Program-made: the position numbers and the translations under genes
The notes under the pieces: model-generated
The model's database searches: none
What the model was told of the DNA's origin: nothing
What the model saw: only the letters and a program-made list of their open reading frames with translations
DNA from: Eledone cirrhosa
Lineage: Eukaryota
Assembly: GCA_964016885.1 (NCBI GenBank)
Contig: OZ024742.1
Span: forward strand, 178,684,001 to 178,748,000
Length of the DNA stretch: 64,000 bases
Reading direction: 5' to 3'
In this document: piece by piece, positions 44,060-58,204 of the stretch
Numbering within the stretch: the first letter of the stretch is position 1
Layout of the letters: each line of letters begins with the position of its first letter

Positions 44060-44778
44060 AGAGAAATAGGATTTCGCTACAAGCATAGCTTTATACAATA
44101 TGTATAAATATTTCGTATCTCCAAGGAAATACGGTTTTAGAAAGCCGTAGCTATGCATACACCGGTGGGCTAACGCCCTCTGGTGATGTCTAGCAGAAGG
44201 AAGGGGGACAACCGTCCATGCATTTCAGGCTTAACTGGCCTTCGTCAGGACGGTCCCTCCCACTGCTTGCGACTGCTGGACTAGAATGCAGGCGAGAATA
44301 TATATTTTTCTCGTCTGTGTAAATGAGGAGATTAATCTCATTTGCATATGAAGCTGCATAAGTTGGCTCAACTTATAATAGAAAAGAAATAGGATTTCGC
44401 TTCAAGCATAGCTTTATACAATATGTATAAATATTTCGTATCTCCAAGGAAATACGGTTTTAGGAAGCCGTAGCTATGCAAACACCGGGGTCTAATGCCC
44501 TCTGGTGATGTCTGGTTATTATAAGTTATGCAGCTTCATATGCAAATGAGATTAATCACCTCATTTACATAGACGAGAAATGTATATATTCTCGCCTGTC
44601 TTCTAGTCCAGTAATCGCAAGCAGTGGGAGGGACCGTCCTGACGAAGGCCAGTTAAGCCTGAAATGCATAGACGGTTGTCCCCCTTGCTTCTGCTGGATA
44701 TCACCAGAGAGCGTTAGCCCTCCGGTGTTTGCATAGCTACGGCTTCCTAAAACCGTATTTCCTTGGAGATACGAAATA
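44060..44778. mobile_element. 323-nt retrozyme-like array, tandem then inverted
   Basis: GAAATAGGATTTCGC at 44063 and 44386; strand switch at ~44515; multi-hairpin monomer; minus HHR 44205-44257 has a non-cleavable G at position 17. Confidence 0.8.
44630..44682 (+). ncRNA. Type I hammerhead ribozyme (canonical core)
   Basis: ACCGTC-CTGACGA(44639-44645)-AGGC-CAGTTAA-GCCT-GAAA-TGCA-TA-GACGGT; cut after 44670. Confidence 0.88.
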
Positions 44779-44799
44779 TATATGTATATATATATATAT

Positions 44800-44987
44800 A
44801 ATTGTTTCTATTTTTAGGCACAAGGCCAGCAATTACCCAGCACATTACTGGTACTTTATTTTATCGACTCCGTAAGGATGAAAGGCAAAGTTAACCTCGG
44901 CGGGATTTGAACTCAGATCATAAAGGGATGTAACTCTATGCTTCAAAGCATGGTGCCCGACTCTCTACCGATACTACCGATCCACCG
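44800..44987 (-). mobile_element. tRNA-derived SINE (main family)
   Basis: Reverse complement with A and B boxes and core. Confidence 0.8.
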
Positions 44988-45282
44988 TATATAATGGTCA
45001 CCACTCAAAATTTATGTAGACTCTTCTCTATTTCCTTGTCAGTACCGGTTAACTGAATGTCATTGACGAAAGATTAACGAATCTTGAAACACCGCTGTCT
45101 GGCATTCTCGACAGTTACTGAGAAAATCTGTGACGTGTTTACAACGACATATAGAGAATAAAATAATTGTTTTCTTTACGAAAAAATAGTTTTGCTTTGA
45201 TAGCAAGGCTATCATGCAGTATATGTTTTATATACATCACTATTATGCTTAAATGCTGTCTTATTGCTACTGCCAATTAATA

Positions 45283-45334
<52 letters not shown>

Positions 45335-45338
45335 CATA

Positions 45339-45393
<55 letters not shown>

Positions 45394-45399
<6 letters not shown>

Positions 45400-45566
45400 A
45401 AGACGGTGTGGTTAGATACTAGGTGGACCATAACGTACCAGAGTACTCAATACTTAGGGTAGTAGAGTAGGTAATAGGAAAAGAGTCAGGACCCCGACAG
45501 CTGAGCTCCGTTCGGATCTAGCTCTCGAAACGGCTGGAGCTCAGCCGTCGGGGTCCTGACTCTTTT

Positions 45567-45570
<4 letters not shown>
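45394..45570. mobile_element. Family E-related fold-back insertion
   Basis: Arms 45475-45512 / 45527-45570; 45855-45981 is an inverted copy of 45394-45522. Confidence 0.7.
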
Positions 45571-45654
<84 letters not shown>

Positions 45655-45976
45655 ATTGCGTGAATGTGTGGTTTTAATGAACGAAGCAACAATAACACCA
45701 GCATGCTTCGGGGAACTCCGGGTACCTACGAAGGTATACTCCAGTTTACCTGGTATTTTATATAATAGAGTATATATATAACCTAAGAAAAGATCAGAAG
45801 GAGAGTCGCTTGCATCACGGGTGATATTCTAATATTCGCAACAATATAGTACAGCTAGATCCGAACGGAGCTCAGCTGTCGGGGTCCTGACTCTTTTCCT
45901 ATTACCCACTCTACTACCCTAAGTATTGAGTACTCTGGTGCGTTATGGTCCACCTGGTATCTAAGCACACCGTCTT

Positions 45977-46070
<94 letters not shown>

Positions 46071-46074
<4 letters not shown>

Positions 46075-48296
46075 CCAACACACAAATCAACATTTTAAGT
46101 AAGGGCCTGAAATTTACACCTACACCACGTAAACCAAACTTCCCCGAAATGAAGGATGACATCATGGAATACTGCCGAAAGCTGCGACTAACGGAATTCT
46201 TCCACAACGACACCAACACTGAAGACGAATCACTGGTTAGAAATAAAAGCAATTTCTGCCCACAAAAGGGAAGAAATAAAGCACTGGACACGTACTGCGA
46301 ACACATCACCAACTTTCCCTATGAAACAATTACAAATAAACACACGAAATCAAACCTATCTACACACGAATGGGAAGAATTATTCACACTTAGAAACAAC
46401 CCTGAGATAACTATCAAAGAAGCCGATAAAGGCAGTACTGTTGTGATTATGAATACGGACTACTATAGGACCCTCGCACTTAACATTTTAGAAAACAACA
46501 CATACTATGAAAAAACAGAAAACTACAAACACACCAAAACAATGGGGAACCTTTTGACCTTACTGAATAAATACCGCAACAGCTTAACCACAAAAGAGTT
46601 TAACTATATAAGCCACTTCAAATGCAATACAAGCTCTTTTTACGGCTTACCGAAACTTCACAAATGTAAACCCATAAACGATGCATGTGACACCTCAACC
46701 AACAATTACATTGAACTAACACCACCAGAAGACCTAAAACTCAGGCCAATTATAGCAGGCCCTACATGTGAAACCCACAGACTTAGCAACTTTCTGGACA
46801 TCCTACTGAAACCCTTTCTACAACATATACAGAGCTACATACGAGATGACCTTGACATGCTGAAACACCTCCCTAAAACAGTAAGTGCAAATACAATTCT
46901 TGTCTCCTTTGACGTAATAAACCTCTACACAAACATACCTCACAACTATGGAATAACAGCAGTCCAATACTGGCTTAACACACACCCATCAGAAATACCG
47001 ACACGCATCAACACAGATTTTATCACTGACGGACTCCGCTTTATCCTACAAAATAACTACTTCACATTCAATGGTTCAACATACAGACAAGTATCAGGTA
47101 CGGCAATGGGCACGAAAGTAGCACCCACATATGCCAACCTAGTCATGGGATTCCATGAACAACAAATATACAGTCAGTCCCTTCTCTTATTTGGAGACTC
47201 TTTCCACACACACCTCAAAGCCAATTGGAAAAGATATCTAGACGACTGCTTTATCCTATGGCAAGAAGACATGAACTCACTTACTACGTTTAAAAACATG
47301 ATAAACAACATAGATAATAACATACAATTCACAATGGAATCCAATCCTAAGGAATTAGCCTTCTTGGATATTCTCATCTCTGTAATAGACGGGAAATTAG
47401 ATACAGATATATTCTATAAACCCACAGATTCCAAGCAATACCTCTTTTTCACATCAAGTCACCCAAAACATACAAAACTTAACATTCCTTACAATTTGGC
47501 CAAACGTATATGTACCATAGTATCAGATCCACCTAAACGGGAGCAAAGACTAAAGGAACTAAAAGACACCCTTATCTTAAGAGCCTTTCCACTTGAAATA
47601 ATCAACAATGGAATAGACAGGGCAAAACACCTAAATCCCCATCAACTTAACAATCCAAAACAGAAAACCACACTCAACACCCTGCCATATGTATCCACTT
47701 TCAACCCCAGAAATACCGAAATGTTTGATCACCTACACAAAAACCTCCCCATCCTACTTAAAGATGTAAAAATGAAGTCTATTCTTGAAACACACAAGAT
47801 CCTTAAAAGTAAAAGACAACCCAAATCACTTAAACGCATTCTCACTGGACCAAATATACCCAAACCAATCCTCAACCCTACAGTTACCAAATGTGGTAGA
47901 ACAAACTGTGGAACGTGCCTCTACCTCACTGAAGGACAAACATTTACATTCAAAGATGGCCAAACATTTACAGTAAAAAACAATTTCACCTGCAACTCGG
48001 AGAACTTGATTTACGCAATAACTTGCGGTGGGTGCAAACACAACTACATAGGACAGACGGGCACCTCATTACGCAAAAGAATGACCATCCACCGCCAACA
48101 AATCCGGGACGCTAACACAAGAAAAATCCCCTTGAGCAGCCATATTGCGAACTGCGCAGGAATGACACTACCCAACTTTAAAATCTTCCCCTTCTACAAG
48201 TGCTCAGATTCGTTCACACAACAACAAAGAATAAACAAAGAAAATCTATTCCTTAACAAATTTAAACCAAAACTAAACGGGTTATCACCCCAATAG
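46071..48296 (+). CDS. Penelope-like element RT + GIY-YIG endonuclease (Neptune/Naiad-type linker), 5'-truncated
   Basis: LSKGLKF, ADKG, LRPII, SFDVINLYTNI, GTAMG..APTYANL, RYLDD, FLDI, CGRTNCGTC Zn linker, LIYAITC..C..YIGQT..R..H..E..LN; no stops; the ORF-track N-terminus is a (TA)n artefact. Confidence 0.92.
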
Positions 48297-48633
48297 AATT
48301 GTCATAAAATATAAACACACATACGCACGGAATCACTACTATTAAAGACCAGAGACCAATTCTGTAGAATCAGGTTTATTCATTGACAGACCATGCCTTT
48401 GTGTGACCAACACATCCATGTTAAACCCTGCACGTGCACACACGTATATCTATGTATATATGCGCACACAGAATTATTTTAATTTCACTGCCCCAACTTC
48501 TTATATTATGGAAAAAATATATGTGTCTGTATGTATATATATATATATATATTTGAAGGCCATTTCTCTGTGTGTGGGTGTATGTATGTGTGTGTGTGTG
48601 TGTGTGAGTATGTGTGTGCATGTGGATGTATGT

Positions 48634-48664
<31 letters not shown>

Positions 48665-48760
48665 GTGTGTGTATGTGTGTATATATATGTGTGTGTGTGT
48701 GTGTATGTTTGTATGTGTGTATGTATATATATATATGTGTGTGTGTATGTATGTGTGGGG

Positions 48761-48794
<34 letters not shown>

Positions 48795-48807
48795 GTATAT
48801 ATGTGTG

Positions 48808-48850
<43 letters not shown>

Positions 48851-48881
48851 GTGTATCTGGATGTATGTGTATGTATATATA

Positions 48882-48938
<57 letters not shown>

Positions 48939-49007
48939 ATGTGTATATATATGTGTGTGTGTGTGTATGTGTGTATGTATATGTATGTGTGTGTGTATGT
49001 ATGTGTG

Positions 49008-49048
<41 letters not shown>

Positions 49049-49315
49049 GTATGTGTATGTATGTGTGGATGAAGGTATGTGTGTGTATATTGCTTCCACC
49101 CCCTCACTGACCAGCAGCTGGCTATTGCTAAATCTGACCTTTATAAAATAACCCACACCCCAAATAACTTCTCATTCACTACCAGAAAGGGACACAGCAG
49201 TCAACCTGTTGTTGCTACCTAGATGAAAACTGCTATGAAATCCCACAATGAATTTTATACTTGAATTTTCAAGTCTCAAATTTTAACTCTTCGTATTATT
49301 AATTTTTCTTAATAT

Positions 49316-49372
49316 TAATCAACATTTGAAAAGATGGCTTTTGCAGACCCATCGAAACCGGTCATTTTTTAT
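49316..49372 (+). ncRNA. HHR-like motif with U3:A8 core (family C); possible 3' pLTR of the upstream element
   Basis: TTGAAAA 49326-49332; GATGG/CCATC; GAAA 49354-49357; CCGG; GUC; stem I weak. Confidence 0.5.
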
Positions 49373-49472
49373 ACCCTTTATTATTTCCTTACCTTATAAA
49401 ATTATGTTTTTTCACAAAAAAGTATTCTGTCTCTTATATATTCCATGTGCCATTACCAACCTCAATTTTCTC

Positions 49473-49509
<37 letters not shown>

Positions 49510-49602
49510 ATATATATATATAAGATGGCTGTCACTGAAATATATATAGCAGTAATAAACGAAGCTAAATTTTAATCATTTGACTTTTATTTAACTTTAT
49601 TT

Positions 49603-49633
<31 letters not shown>

Positions 49634-49636
<3 letters not shown>

Positions 49637-49760
49637 GTTATGTAATAAACAACATAAGGCAATTATTCCATTTACCAGTGGTTTCTTAAAAGCAAAACAT
49701 TTTGCTTTTAAGAAACCACTGGTAAATGGAATAATTGCCTTATGTTGTTTATTACATAAC

Positions 49761-49764
<4 letters not shown>
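49634..49764. repeat. Family B palindrome centred on the HHR stem II loop
   Basis: Centre TTAAAAGCAAAA-CA-TTTTGCTTTTAA; arms match 588-645. Confidence 0.88.
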
Positions 49765-49796
<32 letters not shown>

Positions 49797-49845
49797 AAAT
49801 AAAGTTAAATAAAAGTCAAATGATTAAAATTTAGCTTCGTTTATT

Positions 49846-49900
49846 ACTGCTATATATATTTCAGTGACAGCCATCTTTGGCTGTGACCTCTTCAGGCAGT
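49846..49900 (-). ncRNA. Type I hammerhead ribozyme
   Basis: Minus strand reads ACTGC-CTGAAGA-GGTCACAGCC-AAAGAT-GGCTGTCACT-GAAA-TATATA-TA-GCAGT; partial inverted copy 49522-49605. Confidence 0.82.
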
Positions 49901-50471
49901 TTGAATTAGTATGGTATAGACAAGTACATATGTTGTTTAGGTGTATAATATTGTCAGAACTCTGATATGCCCAGTTCCTAGTTGGGTTGTTAATTCTCTG
50001 AGAAACTGGAGTATATATATATATATATATACAATATAGTATTCTAACCACGACATATTCCGTCTCTCAACGAAGTCTTTACAATATATGCTAAATATTA
50101 TATTCAGTGTTATAGTGAGACAGAACTGTTAGAATGCTGGCTGGAATGTATTTCAGCTTATTCTAGAATCTATAGCGACGAATTAGCAAAGTCGGATAGA
50201 ATCTTTTGCTGTATTTCATCCGATTCTCCGCGTTCAGAGTTCAAATCCCACCGAGACCAACTTTGCCTTTCATCCTTTCAAAGTCGATAAATAATGTAAC
50301 CATCGAATACTGGGGTCGATTTGTCCCCTGTATCTCTTTCCGTAAAAGAAATTGGCTATGTTCAGAACTGCAGAGGAGATGTCTTCATCGGGTTTCAAAA
50401 TACTACTACTACTACTACTACTACTACTAGTAGTAGTAGTAGTAGTAGCAGCAGCAGCAGTAGTAGTCATC

Positions 50472-50523
<52 letters not shown>

Positions 50524-50572
50524 CAGTAGTAGTAGTAATAGTAATAGCAGCAGTAGCAGCAGTAGCAGCAGC

Positions 50573-50620
<48 letters not shown>

Positions 50621-50793
50621 TATTAGTTAATCGTTCTTGTGGTACATGACAAATGGTTTGTGGTGAGAATTAGCAGCAATTTATCAGTTTCATACCACTG
50701 AATAGAATTAAAGTGGTTACTGTCTCCTCTCTTTCTCCCACTTCCTCCTAACGTATATATACATACATACATACATACATACATATGTATGTA

Positions 50794-51006
<213 letters not shown>

Positions 51007-51078
51007 GTCAGATTATGAATAAAATGAATATCTACATTTGCCCTTCGCAATTATCATTGTTATGTGTGTGTGTATATA

Positions 51079-51125
<47 letters not shown>

Positions 51126-51230
51126 GATACATTCATACATATATATATAATATATATCAATATCAATATATATATATATATGTGTATATATATATGTGTG
51201 TGTATGTATATATATATATACATGTATGTG

Positions 51231-51311
<81 letters not shown>

Positions 51312-51788
51312 GTATATATATATATATATATACACATGTCAATACATATACATACACACATACAAGTCTCTTCTCTCTCTCTCTCAATAACGTGGTCATG
51401 TAGGACAAAACAATTTACAAGATTCACTTAACTGTAACGGTCACTGATGAGCGTTGCACGACACGGTTGGTTGCTAAAGCTGAAACAGCGGAAGGAGATC
51501 GGAGGGAGAAGAATGAGTAGATAATAAGTGAAAGGTGGAGTTAAAGAGCGACAATATGAAGGCTGGTAAGAATTATAGAGAGGTATCATCCTTGAAAATC
51601 TATTATTATAGAGCTAACTATCTAACCATCAGCATCCGATGAAGCGTCGCTAATCAGCGTGATCACAGTGGCAAAACTTATGTTCCCAATTGATAAATGG
51701 ATGTAATCCAATTGATAAATTGAAAAAACCGTAAATGTTCTCTCATCTACGAAATTTTAGAGATGATGATTAGTATCATTATCATCAT

Positions 51789-51834
<46 letters not shown>

Positions 51835-51910
51835 CTTCTTCTTCTTCTTCTTCTTCTTCTTCTTCTTCTTCTTCTTCTTCTTCTTCTTCTTCTTCTTCTT
51901 CTAATTATTA

Positions 51911-52140
51911 GGGACGGTGGATTGGCAGTATCGGTAGAGGGTCTGGCGCCATGCTTTGCAGCATAGAGTTGTTACGTCCCTTTATGATCTGAGTTCAAAT
52001 CCCGCCGATGTTAACTTTACCTTTCATCCTTGCGGGGTCGATAAAATAAAGTACCAGTCACGCACTGGGGTCGCTTTAATCGACTGTCCCCTTCTCCAAA
52101 ATTGCTGGCATTGTGCCTAAATCAGAAACCATTATTATTT
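51911..52140 (+). mobile_element. tRNA-derived SINE
   Basis: A and B boxes plus core; ATTATT tail. Confidence 0.85.
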
Positions 52141-52483
52141 TATTACCTTTGTTGTTTAGTCTGTCGATACGTATGTGATTATGGCTCCATAAGTTTTGTT
52201 AATTTTCACGTGTTTACATTACAGTCATTGCTATATTTTCCTCACAAACTGTTGATAAGGTACCACACGTTGCCTGTGTTAAGAGGACACCATCATATTT
52301 GGGCCTTGGACCGAAATATTTAAACTTTATTTTTCTTGCAAAACATATGAACGGAAATACTCGTTAAACCAGCTGCCACGTGACAGCGGCACAAACGTTA
52401 AGATGAGTGGCACCCCCTCACCATCACCACCACCACCATTATGAACAGTGTTTCCACTACCACCATTAGAGGGAGGCAATGTG

Positions 52484-53272
52484 GTCAGTGTAAATTGTAC
52501 GCTAGAGTTCTATAGAAGATTAATGGTGGGCAAGTGCGATGACGCTCTCGGAGAGGCTCTGAGCGTCGACAAATCGAACTGACCTGTCTGTTCCGAAGGA
52601 CTTTCGAGCCGGGGACTATGGATACCTTCCAGAAATCCCTCGCTTGGCAGTGGTACTCGGGGGCACTGCCGGTTCGAGATAAACTCTTCAGGCACGGAAG
52701 TGCGGTTAGACACTTGTCCGAGATGCGTGCAGAGCGACGAAACCCGTCCAGTGTCCGTGCATTACTGACTTGTGGAGTTTTGTCGAACAACCGGATGGAT
52801 CTGGCTATCGGCCGAGTCCATCGTGAAGATCGGCACGACGCCTTCTTTTGGCCAGTCAGTTTTCCTCTGCCTGGTGGCTGGAGCGAAAGAGGTTGTGTGG
52901 TGAACGAGGATGAAAAAACTGAAGACAGATACTTTTCTCTTGGAAAGGAAGGTGAGGGTGGAGTGGGAATTGCTGCACCCAGTACATTTGTTAAAATGTT
53001 GGTGAATGTTGCAAGGATGGTTCGTGTGAACGGGTCTACTCTGACCCTGCGCTTGTAGGTTAGCTGATTTGGAGAGGGGTGCCATAATCGGGTACTCTTG
53101 CAGTATCCGGTGATTCAGGATTGGTAGGCTTCCTGAGTCGCCCCTGTGTGGTTTAAATTTTGTTTTTATATTGTTTACTCGATCATTGTAAAACCCCACT
53201 GTCCCTGTTTATTTATTGTCACTTATACGTCGACCTTTGTGGTTAATAAAGAAATTATTATTATTATTATTG
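52484..53272 (+). mobile_element. 5'-truncated Tx1/L1-type LINE 3' end
   Basis: Homologous to 57290-58170 (ALPVRDKLFRHG); AATAAA plus (ATT)n tail. Confidence 0.8.
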
Positions 53273-53276
53273 TTGA

Positions 53277-56200
53277 GTCTGAACAGACGTCTTTTTGCTC
53301 GCTCCTGTAAGTTCACTTATTTACCTATCAAAACTGATTTATTGAATTTTTTGTTGTTGTGTAAGGCATACAAGCCTTTGGACTTTGCCCTGTGAAGGGG
53401 AAAGAATAATATTTGGGCCTTTTGGCCCAAATATTTGAACTTTTTTACATTTAAAAAAATTATCGAGAAAAAAAAAAAATATTGCTGAGCCACGCCCCCC
53501 AGCGATATGTCTGCTGTCGTGCGACAACGACGTGGAAGTTGAGAGGAGCGCTATAGCGAAATTAACAGATATTGATAACACAAACACCACCACAAACAAT
53601 GTAAACAAAGACACCAATGATACCAATGAGAACTATAATTTTTAAAAAAATGACAGTAACAACGACAACGAAAAAACAGATAAAAAAAAATGACAAATGC
53701 AACAATATCAACACCACTAACATGAAAACAAACAGCGACAACACCAACAGCAACAATACCAACTGCACCGACAACAACGGTGGCACCAAAGACAACAATG
53801 ATAACAGCGACAGTGATAACAACAACACCAACAAGAACAACGACAACGACAACAACACCCCCAACGACAACAAGAAGAACACTTTCGCTGCGGCAGTAGC
53901 AGCAAAAAAGAGGCCATGCTTCAACATGGACCTCTCAAACAAAGATGAAAAGTTGGCCCAGGCATGGAAGCTCATCAAGCAAGAGCAAACCTGGGCCAAC
54001 TTAACTGTCTCGGTAGAAGCTATTGAGGCAGTGGAGCGCAGAACGGTGCAGTATAGATGCATCTCAGCACAAACCAAAGGGGCAGCTTTAATCCCACAAG
54101 CAGATGTCGAAGTCGCACTGAGGTGCATCAGAGAAGACACCGAATACATAGCGAGGGGCAGACAGTACGGCACCATTTCGGTGCTGTTCAAGTCAGAAGC
54201 CCTCGCTATGACCTCTTGCAAAACCAGCAAGGTCATAATGTACCCCTCCCACATGGGAAAAAGAACGGCCTGTCACCGCATTCCCAGAATCCCACCAGGA
54301 CTTGACATGTGGTAGCTTCTGGGATGTGTGATTGTGGAGGGGACGGATACCGTCCCGATAGAAGTGACAAGAACGGCCAGAGAGGACTGGTCCGGGGTTG
54401 ACCTGGAGATCCTTCTCCAGATCAGGCCCGAGAATGTGAAGACAATCCCGGACCACATCCGCCTTCAGAATGGGACGGTCATTCATATTATGACCGAAGG
54501 CAAAAGGCCGCATTCTTTTGTTTGTGGGGAAAAAACCATTTGCGAGCCTTCTGCCCTCAACTGCTGAAAGATGCAAGTGGTCGAAAGGCTCCACTGCTGC
54601 CGATGCCGGGGCGAGGACCACAACCAACACCAGCACCGGCAAAACCACCAACAACAACAATAATAGAAAGACCACCACCAACATTGACCACCGAGGGGGG
54701 AAACGAGGAAAGCTGTCAAATTCCCCCTCCCCCCAAAATACCCACACCAATAAAACCATAAACACACACACAGACACACTTACAGACACAGACCCCTCAT
54801 CTACCAGTAGTGAAGATGAGGGAAAACCAAAATGCCCCAAAATACAAGAAAGGAAACACAAAAAGAAAAAAAAAAATCAACAAAGCACAAAATCACCCAC
54901 AAAAAAAAAACGCAGACACTACCCACGCAAACATCTCTCCAATAACACCAACACCACTATCACCATCACCAGAATCCCCCAAACGCAAACAACCTAAACA
55001 GATGCAAGAACAAATATACACACAAACATCTGAAACCACAGACACCGCACTCACAACAAACACAACCGAAACAAGACCACCAAAACCATCACCACCACAG
55101 CCACGCAAACAAATAAAATCACACCAACAAAACATACAAAACTTCGTGCTCGTCAGGAGGGCCAACAAGGAACAGATGGCCGTTCTAACACGAAGTGAAA
55201 ATATACAAAAAGAGGGGGACATTTTTAAATCGAGCACACCTCAGGCCTCTAGAAATGGATGTAATTGCCGTCAGCGAGACTAGGATTTCCGACACGTGCG
55301 CACTAGCCCCGATTTTCGACGACTATCAGATCTCTTCATCTGTTAGCCGGCCGGGAATGGGAGGCGGGGTGGCAGTGCTGTCTAGGAAAAGCCTGGATCT
55401 CGAGGTAAGGTCGATCTTCCGGGACCCGGACGGGAAGTTGGTGGTCTGGACGTGAACAATAACGAAGGTGGTGCCTTTAGACTGGTGGCCGTCTATGCCC
55501 CTACTGTGGCAGGACGGCCGGACTTCTTTAGAGGCCTGGAAGCCTTTCTGGGTACGCCTCGCCCTTTACTGTTAGCGGGGGACTGGAACGGCATCTTAGA
55601 CGCACACTGGGACTGTGTGGGAGTATCCAATAGGAGCGGGGGGTGCAAAAGCCTAAAGTACCTAATCAGCCAGTTCCAACTGTCTGACAGGTACCGGCTA
55701 GATTTCCCTAATGCGCCAGTGTAGACCTGGACTGACCACATAGGATCTTCTAGATTGTATATAGACACCATGTTCATTAGGAAAATAGACAGAAATAGTG
55801 TAAGCTGTCCATGTTTTGAAACGGTCGCCTATTCAGATCACAAGTTTGTGATCTGCATGGTCGACCTAGATAAGACGCGTAGGTTAGGACCTGGTTACTG
55901 GAAGCTAAACATGTCATTTCCGGCACGTAAGGCTTACAGGGACCAGGTCAACAATTTAGTTAAGAAAAACTTGATACGGGGAGTCGTCAACAATAGATGG
56001 TGGGGGGTTGGGGGGCTCTCAAAAGAGAGATTAGAGTAATGTCGATAAAGTTTAGCAAAGAAGTAGCGTTAGAGAAAAATAGAAAGGAGGGGGAGTTGGT
56101 AGACGAGGCTATTGGTAGGTGCATTGCAGCTGACGTACTAGCGGCGAGAATGGCATTAGACCATTTCTTCAATGCGAAACACGAAGGTTGCATTGTCAGA

Positions 56201-58170
56201 GCTAAGGTGCGTGCTCTGAGAAACGAGGGAACCAAAGCTGTTCGATGGGCCCGCGTGGCAGAGGCGCAGCGTGGTAATAAAACCACGATTCGGTCTTTGG
56301 CGGACCGAGACGGACACGAGCTGAGCGATTCCAAGCGGATGTGTGAGGCCTTTCGCCAACGTTTTGCTCGGTTGTTCGGGGAAAGTGGCGGGTCAGAGAT
56401 GGTGGCGAACTTCAGTCCCTACCACGATGGCTTGCCGCAACTCTCGACGGCTGACGCTGGGTGCTGCGAAAGGCCAATTACTTCAGCCGAGATTCAGGAA
56501 GCCCTTGTCGGCTGCATGAGGCGCAAGTCACCCGGTTTGGATGGTCTACCCTACGAGCTTTACCTAAATATGCCAGACTTCTTCTCCAATCTCCTCGAAG
56601 CCCTCTACTGCAACTGGCAGCAGAACGGGAGTATTTCCAGTTCTGTGATCCGGGGCGTAGTGACGCTGATAATGGAAGACGAGAACAAGAGGGACACATT
56701 AGACAATTTGAGGCCCATAACTCTGCTCAACACAGAGTTTAGGATTTTGGCCAGGGTGTTAGCGAAGAGGGTGGCGCTTGTCGTCGGGGATTTGGTTGGG
56801 GAGGCGCAAACTTGCCAAATCCCAACCAGGTCCATACACGACAACCTCCACCTAATGCGATACATCATAGAGAGGGTAGGGTATAAACCTGGCTTCGGTG
56901 GGGCTCTGATCAATTTAGATCAATCGAAGGCATTCGATAGGGTCGACCATCGGTACCTGGAGGCTGCCCTCAAGGCGGCTGGCTTCGGCCCGGTCTTCAG
57001 AAGCTGGATCGCTGCAATGCGCAGCGGCACCTGCTCGGTGGTCAAAATTAATGGAGGGCTGGGCATGCCGTGGCTAATGATGCGCAGACACGCGCTGAGG
57101 CTGCGGCATCTCCAGATATTCTACCTAAACGGTGAACAGGTGTGGTCGCCGTTTGTCAGACGGGCCTTTCCGCAGCTCGTTTCTTTGACTGAGCTGCACT
57201 CGTGGGTCAAGAAGAGACCGAGATTGGGTGACTGCCATCTGGAATGTTGCCAGGCACTCACTGCCCTCTACCAGGCGGGCAATGCGGTCAGTGGAACTTC
57301 CACTCTCGAGTTCTATAGAGGATTAGTGGTGGGCAAGTGCGACGACGCACGCGGAGAGGCTCTGGGAGTCAACGAAGTCGAACTAACCAGTCTGTACCGG
57401 GGTGGCACTGCCGGTTCGAGATAAACTCTACAGGCACGGAAGTGCTGTCAGACGGACCTGCCCGAGATGCGCACAGAGCGACGAAACCGTTCTGCACGCA
57501 CTCGTCCAGTGTCCGTGCATTACTGACTTGTGGAGTTATGTTGAACAGCTACTTTCACGTGTGGAACGAATCCGGCTATCGGCCGAGTCCATAGTGAAGA
57601 TCGATCCACCACCTTCCTTAGGTCAGGAAGAGCAGGAAATTTTCCTCTGTCTGGTGGCAGTTGCGAAAGAGGTTATATGGTAGACCAGGTTAAAAAGACT
57701 GAAGACAGACACTTTTCTCTTCGGCCAATCCCTCATCAACTTTTTCAAGTTACACTTGGAAAGGAAGGTGAGGGTGGAGAGAGAATTGCTGCCCCCAGTA
57801 CATTTGCTGAAAGGTGGGTGAATGTGGCGAGAATGGCCCGTGTGAGTGGGCCTACTCTGGTCATGCGGCTGTAGGTAGGTAAATTTGAGGAGGAGAGGGG
57901 TGCCCTTCCAGGCTGCTCTCGAAGCGTCGGGTCGTTCAGGACTGGTGGGGTACCTGAGCCAACCCTAGATGTTCATCCCTACTATTGGGGAATTTTTTCT
58001 TGTTGTAATTTTATTGTTACTTTATTGTTACTTTGTTATTGTTACTTTGTTATTGTGATTCATATTGTTTACTCGCTTTTCCTGTAAAACCCCACTCTCC
58101 CAGTCTTTTGTATTGTCCCCTATATGTCGGCCCGTGTGGCCAATAAATGAAATCATTATTATTATTATTG
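53277..58170 (+). mobile_element. Decayed Tx1/L1-clade LINE (ORF1 remnant, APE, partial RT, CCHC)
   Basis: DVIAVSETR, LVAVYAP, AGDWN, SDHK, GYWKLN, KSPGLDGLPYE, RPITLLN, LDQSKAFDRV, CPRC..ETVLHALVQC; YADD region deleted; (ATT)n tail. Confidence 0.85.
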
Positions 58171-58204
58171 TTGTTGTTGTTATTATTTTTATTGCTATTA
58201 TTGA

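Noticed and set aside
45945-46070. N-terminus of the 783-aa ORF
   Set aside because: The ATG comes from a family E fragment and reads through (TA)n; not the native start
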